Shown piece by piece: positions 57,623 to 64,000 of a DNA stretch of 64,000 bases. The translations under genes were made by a program, and so were the position numbers. A model generated the notes under the pieces. That model searched no databases and was not told the origin of the DNA. It saw nothing but the letters and a program-made list of their open reading frames with translations. Source of the DNA: Promethearchaeota archaeon (GTDB lineage Archaea; Asgardarchaeota; Lokiarchaeia; Sigyniarchaeales; SOKP01); contig JBHLNZ010000002.1 in NCBI GenBank assembly GCA_048941015.1, positions 8,617 through 72,616 of the forward strand. Reading direction: 5' to 3'. How positions within the stretch are numbered: the first letter of the stretch is position 1; every line of letters starts with the position of its first letter.

Positions 57623-58754
57623 TCTCTGCTTTGAAAATCTTAATTGGGGTTTTTTCAGTGATTTGACAGTAATCTGCTTCTCTAAAAGGAGTAATCTCCA
57701 TAATATATCCTTCCAATTTTTTTGAATCTATTAATTCTATAAAATTTTTATCAATAGCGACACTTATCGGCAATTTTATGGCTTGATTACTAAATAATAA
57801 ATACTTTTTAGGAATTTTAAACTTTTTTAAAAGAAAATTACGTAATTCTATTAGTTTATTAATATTTCCTTCAATTTGAGCATACATTAAAAGCCCTTCT
57901 TTATTTATAACTTCGTAAGGTTCTTTAATTTTTTTAGCTCGACGGCTATATCTTTCCTTTAATTGCCAATAATCTTTAGCAATTATGGGACAAAAATGTA
58001 TTTTTATGGAAACTTTATGGGCAATTCGTTCTATAAACTCAAGAGCCATTTCTTTACTATTTTCAACTGAAGCGATAGTTCCATCTTTTAGTTTAAAACC
58101 CTTCTCTTTCAGGTACCTACTATTGGGAAAACAATACTCAAATTCATTGAGATTAATAAAATCTGCTCCTATCTTATCCAAATAAAATGTGAATTCTTCT
58201 AATTCATTAGCATATTTTCTTAAAGGAATCATAGGAACTTCTGCTCCAACTGACATTTTTTTCTTCAATGCATACTTAATAACGCCCCAATTTTCTTTTG
58301 AAGGGTTGAATCTAATTTCATCTAGGCCAGCTTGACTAAGCTCATTTGCGATTGCTTCACTAAATCCTAATCCATTTGTATAAAGATGAATATGAAACTT
58401 CTTTCCTTTTTCAGTTTTTAAAAATTTTATATATTTAAGCGTTTTTTCTAAATTTGGTTTAAACAAAGGATCGCCACCCGTAACACTAACTCCTTTTGCA
58501 CCAGTTTTGTCAATTTCATCCAATAATTGCTCAATTTGAGTGATTTTTATTTCATTTATGAAAGTAGAATTTTTACCTTTTCTCTCTTCAGATATTGGGC
58601 AATACCACCAACAATGCTCCGGATCCTGACATAAACCATTTAAAAATAATACTGCTTTTTCTCCATTAAGACACTGTTGGCATCCTTTGGGGATCCCTCT
58701 CCTTTTTAAATAATATGTTTGGGCTTTCGATTTAATTATAATGGATTTAGTCAT
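57603..58754 (-). CDS. radical-SAM-related protein with atypical Cys cluster (PflA-related archaeal family)
   Basis: CQQC-x14-CQDPEHCWWYC (Cx5Cx3C instead of CX3CX2C), followed by the GGDPL motif. Confidence 0.55.
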   Translation of the reverse strand: MTKSIIIKSKAQTYYLKRRGIPKGCQQCLNGEKAVLFLNGLCQDPEHCWWYCPISEERKGKNSTFINEIKITQIEQLLDEIDKTGAKGVSVTGGDPLFKPNLEKTLKYIKFLKTEKGKKFHIHLYTNGLGFSEAIANELSQAGLDEIRFNPSKENWGVIKYALKKKMSVGAEVPMIPLRKYANELEEFTFYLDKIGADFINLNEFEYCFPNSRYLKEKGFKLKDGTIASVENSKEMALEFIERIAHKVSIKIHFCPIIAKDYWQLKERYSRRAKKIKEPYEVINKEGLLMYAQIEGNINKLIELRNFLLKKFKIPKKYLLFSNQAIKLPISVAIDKNFIELIDSKKLEGYIMEITPFREADYCQITEKTPIKIFKAEIDSNDD

Positions 58755-59458
58755 CTTAAATATAGCTTTTTCCTTATAATTGATTTTTTATCTGCTAATT
58801 TTTTTAAAACTTCTTCGGTTGATTCATTAATGCTAAGCTGACGTTTTAAAAAAACTCCTGTTTTACCATGCTTTTCTCTTCTAAGTAGGACTTTCTTCCG
58901 ATCTAAAATAGTCTCAATGCTTACATTTATTTCTTTAGCAACTAAATGTTCATTACCTATAACTGAATATTCATCATATCCTTTTGGATTTGGTTTAATA
59001 AGTACTAACCTCTTATCTATACCTGGGATTCTATCATTACTTTTTAAACCCTTAATATCTAATTTTCCTCCAAAATCATAAAATTCCATCGATTTTTTAT
59101 CAAATCTAGAAAGTGGGAGAGTTATACTTTCTAATTCGCTTAAATATATGTATAATTTAACTGAATCATTGGGAGTTGCCATAACTATTTCTCTATGGTA
59201 ATTAGAAAAACCATTTTTTTGTAATATATATTCGATTTGATAAGAAGGAATTAATTGAGGGATAATAATATCTATATCACTATCTTGATGAACATCCCCA
59301 CGAGCAATGCTTCCAAAAATAAATGCCTTAATCCCTTCGTTTTCAAATAAGTTTAATAAGCGAAGAGAAGCTTTACGTTTTTGATTTAGTAAATTCCAAT
59401 CCGATTTTGTAAAAAAAACAGTATTATTATAATTTTTTAAAATTTTTCCTCTTAGCAT
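58751..59458 (-). CDS. Pol-beta-superfamily nucleotidyltransferase domain protein
   Basis: FIFGSIARGDVHQDSDIDIII (GS...DxD signature). Confidence 0.7.
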   Translation of the reverse strand: MLRGKILKNYNNTVFFTKSDWNLLNQKRKASLRLLNLFENEGIKAFIFGSIARGDVHQDSDIDIIIPQLIPSYQIEYILQKNGFSNYHREIVMATPNDSVKLYIYLSELESITLPLSRFDKKSMEFYDFGGKLDIKGLKSNDRIPGIDKRLVLIKPNPKGYDEYSVIGNEHLVAKEINVSIETILDRKKVLLRREKHGKTGVFLKRQLSINESTEEVLKKLADKKSIIRKKLYLR

Positions 59459-59466
59459 AATTTCAA

Positions 59467-60297
59467 TTATTTTTTCTGGAAATTATTATTCATTTTCTCT
59501 ATAAGAAATATAATTTTACTTAAAAGAATAGTCTCATAATACTTAAAGGAGCCACTGGCTTCTATTATCATAAATTTAAATAAATCCTTATTATATGGAA
59601 AAATTTTAGTCTTAAAACTTTTAAGATTTAAATTTTTTAAAAAAAGATTTGAACGAGCGCTAAATATGATTTTTAAATGCTTTTTTGAGAGGTTTAAATC
59701 CTTGAGAGCTAAGATATTCTTCACATTCGACTCATTGATTCGAGGATTAATTAGAAATAGCCCAGTAGAATGAATATCACTTAAAAAAAAATTGAATGAA
59801 AGAAAGCATTTTCCATAATTAATTAAGACATATTTAGAATTCAAAATTTTATTATTATTAGCAAAAATTTTCATAATCGTCGTGCCAAATTTTTCAATAT
59901 TTTTTTTATTTTCTTCAATCAAAAATGTTTCATGAATTTTTTTTATATATATATTAATAACGTTAAATCCGTAGCTTGAAAGTCCCTCAGTTAATATCTT
60001 AGTTATTTTTTTCTTTCTATTAGTTCTTATAATGATTATAGAAGGCCTTGCTAAAGCTTGTTCTTTAAATTTCGAATTTTCTATTAAATTTAAGTTTTTT
60101 ATCTTAATTGTTGTCCTGTTATAATTAAATTGTAATATTATTTTATAGTTGCTTCTAATTAAAGATTCATTAGATAATGAATATCTCCATCTACTTAATC
60201 CTTTGAAAATTTTGACTCCTATTAAAAATAGAATTAAAAAAAAAATTAGAATTAAATCAATTAAAATCCAGTTTAAACGAAAGATGTTAAATGGCAT
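59467..60297 (-). CDS. membrane-anchored hypothetical protein
   Basis: N-terminal TM helix (WILIDLILIFFLILFLIGV). Otherwise unassigned. Confidence 0.5.
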   Translation of the reverse strand: MPFNIFRLNWILIDLILIFFLILFLIGVKIFKGLSRWRYSLSNESLIRSNYKIILQFNYNRTTIKIKNLNLIENSKFKEQALARPSIIIIRTNRKKKITKILTEGLSSYGFNVINIYIKKIHETFLIEENKKNIEKFGTTIMKIFANNNKILNSKYVLINYGKCFLSFNFFLSDIHSTGLFLINPRINESNVKNILALKDLNLSKKHLKIIFSARSNLFLKNLNLKSFKTKIFPYNKDLFKFMIIEASGSFKYYETILLSKIIFLIEKMNNNFQKK

Positions 60298-60311
60298 TTC
60301 TTATTTATTAA

Positions 60312-60632
60312 TTATACTTGGTTAACAATAGATTGAATCCAATTTAGATATCTCTCAGAACCTTTTTCAATTTTAAATCCTATGCATTCTGGGTTCTCGT
60401 AACTGTGTATCTCATTGATTTTCTCAATAAGAATTTCGCTTTTTTTTCCTGTACTTTTAATTATTAGTAAGTGTTCATTATCTTGTTCAATGCATCCTTT
60501 CCAATGATATATAGAAAAAATATTTTGAATGATGTTTACACAAGCAGCGAGATGATTTTCTATAAGAACTTTTGCGATCCTTTTTCCTTCTTCAATATTT
60601 GGAACTGTGACAAAGAAAATATAATAGTTCAT
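60312..60632 (-). CDS. cutA: divalent-cation tolerance protein CutA
   Basis: 106 aa; AACVNI...SIYHWKG...E motif. Confidence 0.85.
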   Translation of the reverse strand: MNYYIFFVTVPNIEEGKRIAKVLIENHLAACVNIIQNIFSIYHWKGCIEQDNEHLLIIKSTGKKSEILIEKINEIHSYENPECIGFKIEKGSERYLNWIQSIVNQV

Positions 60633-60859
60633 AACTATCCTTATTTTATTTTGCAGATATTAAACTATTATTTGATTACAAATCATATGAGATTTACGGT
60701 TTTTTACTTTATAAAAAAATAATCATTTAAAAGGCCTAAATAATTAATGAAGAAAAGTCTACTATTTTTCTTATAAAGAAATTTAAATTATTATAATTTT
60801 ATTAAATATGCAATTAAGAAGAGAAAATAAAAAATCTAATAAAGGAGTTTGAAAAGACT

Positions 60860-61585
60860 TTGATTCATGCATTTTATCTTATTGACCAGCACACGGGTAT
60901 TTGCTTAATCCATAGGAAGTATGGAACAATTGAATTTAATCAAGATTTAGTATCAGGATTCCTAACAGCTCTTAAGGATTTTAGTATTGAATTTTCAAAA
61001 GGAAGTGGAGAATTGAAAATAATCGATATGCAAGTATTCTATTTACTATTAGTTTTTAAAGAGGGAATTCTTTGTACTGCTGCTGCTGATAAAAATGATG
61101 ACGCAAAAATTACCCATAAAGCACTGAGCGATATAATTGATAAATTTGTAAGAGATTTTGGTGATAAAATTGAAACATGGGGCGGAGATGTTAGAATATT
61201 TAAGGGTTTTGAAGGTATTGTTGATGAGATCTTACACAGCGGAAAGATTGCTGAAATGCAGTTAAAAATCCCTATTTTAAAAATTTTTGAAAAAGATTTC
61301 CTTAAGTCTCGAAAACTGTTGGCTAAAAAAGGTCTAATACTTTCTGAAGAAGACTTACGTAAAGTACAGCATCAAAAACCTAATTGGACATTTAAGAGAC
61401 TTCCAACGCAGGTAATAACTCAAGGTTTTTTAGATAATGAAATGTATAAGATAGCTCATCTAGCAGATGGTTTTCATACTATTTCCGATATTGCAGAGGA
61501 ATCTGGTAAACCAGAGTCTGAGATTCAAGTTATGATAGATGATTTGGACGATTTAGGTTTATTAAAGTTTATTGAAATTAAATAA
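60860..61585 (+). CDS. longin/roadblock-like N-terminal domain + C-terminal winged-helix protein (tentative)
   Basis: IHAFYLIDQHTGICLIHRKYG...NQDLVSGFLTALKDFSIEF follows the small alpha/beta sensor-domain pattern. The C-terminal segment DGFHTISDIAEESGKPESEIQVMIDDLDDLGLLKF is WH-like. TTG start. Confidence 0.4.
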   Translation: MIHAFYLIDQHTGICLIHRKYGTIEFNQDLVSGFLTALKDFSIEFSKGSGELKIIDMQVFYLLLVFKEGILCTAAADKNDDAKITHKALSDIIDKFVRDFGDKIETWGGDVRIFKGFEGIVDEILHSGKIAEMQLKIPILKIFEKDFLKSRKLLAKKGLILSEEDLRKVQHQKPNWTFKRLPTQVITQGFLDNEMYKIAHLADGFHTISDIAEESGKPESEIQVMIDDLDDLGLLKFIEIK

Positions 61586-61727
61586 TTTAAATTCTTCATA
61601 TTCTATTTTTAACGGCTATGCTTATTCATTATTAATGAAAAGTAAAGCTAATTTGTGAATAATTATATCGGTTTCTATTTAATTAAATGATAAAATTTAT
61701 GAAAATTATATTATTAAATACTTTAGG

Positions 61728-63200
61728 ATGAATATTAATAAAATTGATAGTAATGTATACGAGATTTCGCCAACTACTATAATGTCTCGAGTAGGAGGTA
61801 CAATAGAGAAATTTCAAATGAAAGTTCCAGTTCACATTTATGCTAATGAGTACATTTTAGAAAAAATTAAAAAAGATAGAACTCTTGAACAAATTAGTAA
61901 TGTTGCATGTTTGCCAGGAGTTAAAAAACATGCTATTGCATTATCTGATGCTCATCAAGGATATGGTTTTTGTATTGGAGGTGTGGCAGGTACAGACGCG
62001 GAGGATGGAATGATCTCTCCTGGGGGAGTTGGTTATGATATAAACTGTGGTGTAAGACTTTTAAGAACAAATTTAATGCTAAATGATGTGAATGCGACAC
62101 TTTCAAATCTATTGAATTCAATATTTAAAAATATCCCTTCTGGTTTAGGTTCAAAAGGTAAATTAAATATAAGTTATTCAGATCTTGACAAAGTTTTAAA
62201 TAGTGGAATGAATTGGGCTCTTGAGAATGATTATGCTGTTGAAGAAGATCTCCAACATTGTGAAGAAAGAGGATGTTTAAAAGAAGCTAATGCAGACTTA
62301 ATCTCTATTAAGGCAAAACAGAGAGCTATTAAACAATTGGGTTCTTTAGGGAGTGGAAATCATTTTCTTGAGATTCAAAGAGTCGATGAGATATATAATG
62401 AATTTATAGCCAAAAAGCTTGGAATTTTTGAAAAAGATCAAGTTACAGTAATGGTCCATACTGGATCAAGAGCCCTTGGGCATCAAGTTTGTACTGATTC
62501 TTTACGAAGTATAGAACAAGCGATGAAGAAGTATAATATTAAAGTTCCAGATCGTGAGTTAGCTTCTGTTCCAGCTAATACAAAAGAAGCTCAAAATTAT
62601 CTAAGTCAAATGGCATGTGCAGCAAATTTTGGGTTTACTAATCGTCAATTAATAACTCATTGGTTAAGGGAATCTTTTCAGAACCATTTTAAGAAGAGTT
62701 TTGAAGATTTAGATCTGCATTTAATTTATGGAGTATGCCATAATATTCTTAAAATAGAGGAACATGAAATTAACGGCAAAAAGATGAAATTAAATGTACA
62801 TCGCAAAGGAGCAACAAGAGCTTTCCCTCCCGATCATCCTGTTCTTACTCAAGATTATAAAAGTATCGGACAACCTGTTTTAATTCCTGGTACTATGGGT
62901 TCAGCATCATATTTATGTGTTGGTAAGCTCAAAGCTATGGATTTATCATTTGGATCTACAGCCCATGGATCTGGGCGTGTGATGTCAAGATCTAAAGCAA
63001 CTAAACGTTATTGGGGCGCAAAAGTAAAGGAAGAATTGGGGAGCAGGGGAATACTAGTTAAAGCAGCATCTATGAAAGTAATAGCTGAAGAGGCTCCTGG
63101 AGCTTATAAGGATATTGATCAGGTAGTTCAGGTAAGTCATGACCTTGATATAATTGAAAAGGTTGTAAGACTTGTTCCCGTTGGAGTCGTAAAAGGTTAA
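61728..63200 (+). CDS. rtcB: RNA-splicing ligase RtcB
   Basis: GVGYDINCGVRLL, GSGNHFLE and HSGSR-like HTGSRALGH motifs. Confidence 0.92.
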   Translation: MNINKIDSNVYEISPTTIMSRVGGTIEKFQMKVPVHIYANEYILEKIKKDRTLEQISNVACLPGVKKHAIALSDAHQGYGFCIGGVAGTDAEDGMISPGGVGYDINCGVRLLRTNLMLNDVNATLSNLLNSIFKNIPSGLGSKGKLNISYSDLDKVLNSGMNWALENDYAVEEDLQHCEERGCLKEANADLISIKAKQRAIKQLGSLGSGNHFLEIQRVDEIYNEFIAKKLGIFEKDQVTVMVHTGSRALGHQVCTDSLRSIEQAMKKYNIKVPDRELASVPANTKEAQNYLSQMACAANFGFTNRQLITHWLRESFQNHFKKSFEDLDLHLIYGVCHNILKIEEHEINGKKMKLNVHRKGATRAFPPDHPVLTQDYKSIGQPVLIPGTMGSASYLCVGKLKAMDLSFGSTAHGSGRVMSRSKATKRYWGAKVKEELGSRGILVKAASMKVIAEEAPGAYKDIDQVVQVSHDLDIIEKVVRLVPVGVVKG

Positions 63201-63213
63201 AGTCTTCTCATTT

Positions 63214-63651
63214 TTATATATCAAAAACGACATTTATTTCAATCTCCTTCTTTTTTTCTTCTATTGACATGTAAGAATAAGTAATAGCTTTCACTTCAGT
63301 TCCAATCTCATGTTTCTGTTTATCAAATTTTTCTCCTTTCATAATTGCTTCTAATTCATATTTTTCGTTTAAGCGTTTGATTTTTAAAACATTTATATAG
63401 CAAAAAATAAGTTCTTCAACATCAAATATAAAAAGAAATTCAGAGAGAAAATCAAATAAAAGAGCTTCTTTATCCTCAGCTTTAATTCTTATCCGTTTTT
63501 CAATCGAGGGGGTAATATTTTCTAATTTTGGCGATATTGTAGCCATTAAACTATATGCGGTCTGAGAAAAAGCTTCTTCAAGGGTAGATCCCCAACTTTT
63601 AACTTGAACGTCTGCAGTATGCTCTTTAAATTCATAACCTGCGTTTTTCAT
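63214..63651 (-). CDS. archease (RtcB cofactor)
   Basis: YEFKEHTADVQVKSWG N-terminus and KAITYS near the C-terminus. Confidence 0.88.
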   Translation of the reverse strand: MKNAGYEFKEHTADVQVKSWGSTLEEAFSQTAYSLMATISPKLENITPSIEKRIRIKAEDKEALLFDFLSEFLFIFDVEELIFCYINVLKIKRLNEKYELEAIMKGEKFDKQKHEIGTEVKAITYSYMSIEEKKKEIEINVVFDI

Positions 63652-63766
63652 AATGAATTCTCCCTTTTTAATTTAAAGGAAGGTTATCGTGATAGAATAA
63701 TTTTATTCATTATTAAAATCATTTTTTTAGGAGTTTATAACTTTTAAGAAAAACCATATATTACTT

Positions 63767-64000
63767 ATGTTAAGTACAATATGTGATGATATTATTTATT
63801 ATCAACAAATAAAGTTTCGAAGATTTTATTCAAACCAGGAAATTAAATATTATCAATATTTTATTGAAAAAACGGAAGTTAAACCAAAAATAGTGATTCT
63901 TATAGATAATTTTGTTTACTTTTTTGTTGATAATAAGAAGTATTTTAAAGCAAAAGCAAAAATCAATGGAATTCGACACCAACTAGCATCTAAAAAGGTA
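63767..64000 (+). CDS. hypothetical protein, 3' end cut by window edge
   Basis: Frame is open from the ATG at 63767 to the window end (MLSTICDDIIYYQQIKFRRFYSNQEIKYY...). No family recognised. Confidence 0.3.
   Translation, partial: MLSTICDDIIYYQQIKFRRFYSNQEIKYYQYFIEKTEVKPKIVILIDNFVYFFVDNKKYFKAKAKINGIRHQLASKKV

Noticed and set aside
19583-62121. Remaining short antisense or alternative-frame ORFs in the track. These are 19583..19795, 22264..22455, 24475..24657, 25142..25327, 26048..26350, 29438..29761, 31028..31422, 34706..35254, 36729..36914 and 38946..39140. Also 40577..40813, 40916..41215, 42762..43088, 45708..45989, 49789..50457, 54689..54958, 55849..56088, 57438..57725, 57985..58185, 60471..60722 and 61933..62121.
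   Set aside because: Each lies inside a longer ORF on the other strand or frame that has recognisable motifs or clear operon context. None shows motifs of its own.
1-64000. CRISPR arrays, rRNA genes, IS elements and integrases.
   Set aside because: I saw no regularly spaced direct repeats, no long GC-enriched rRNA-like segments and no transposase or integrase motifs. The only repeats are the Pro/Gly codon repeat and the tandem paralog pair at 15.9-18.0 kb.

Overview
This is a strongly AT-rich archaeal chromosomal segment, with G+C near 30% judged by eye. It is densely coded, with about 70 genes, four tRNAs and no rRNA or CRISPR array.

Housekeeping content:
- The archaeal exosome/proteasome superoperon: psmA, SBDS, rrp4, rrp41, rrp42, eL43, Pcc1 and prefoldin beta.
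- t6A/KEOPS parts (TsaC/Sua5, Cgi121, Pcc1) and an ECF transporter module (EcfA1, EcfA2, EcfT).
- TFB, uL2, GatDE, Elp3, PyrK/PyrD, Nop5 with fibrillarin, RNase HII, archaeal SAM synthetase, HypB, Pelota, and RtcB with archease.
- A PFL-like glycyl-radical enzyme and several radical-SAM proteins.
- Two of the four tRNAs carry introns. One intron sits at a non-canonical D-arm position.

Several eukaryote-like elements point to an Asgard (Loki-type) archaeon. This placement is an inference, not a verified result. The elements are Elf1, Elp3, a profilin-like protein, roadblock/longin-like domains, two AN1 zinc-finger membrane proteins and a LITAF-like split zinc ribbon.

Most interesting observations:
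1. A tight eight-gene operon at 41.8-50.7 kb consists of otherwise unrecognisable proteins. Its recognisable parts are an N-domain-less classical AAA ATPase, an apparently ATPase-dead SMC/Rad50-like coiled-coil protein, a ScpB-like double winged-helix protein and an internally duplicated zinc-ribbon protein.
2. An unlisted 50-codon ORF at 56912-57064 consists essentially of a WH2/beta-thymosin-like actin-binding motif.
3. A coiled-coil protein carries a GC-rich polyproline tract followed by a short amphipathic helix.
4. Two operon-internal genes have conserved N-termini that lie upstream of any ATG, GTG or TTG codon.

All family assignments come from reading motifs by eye. No database search was run.
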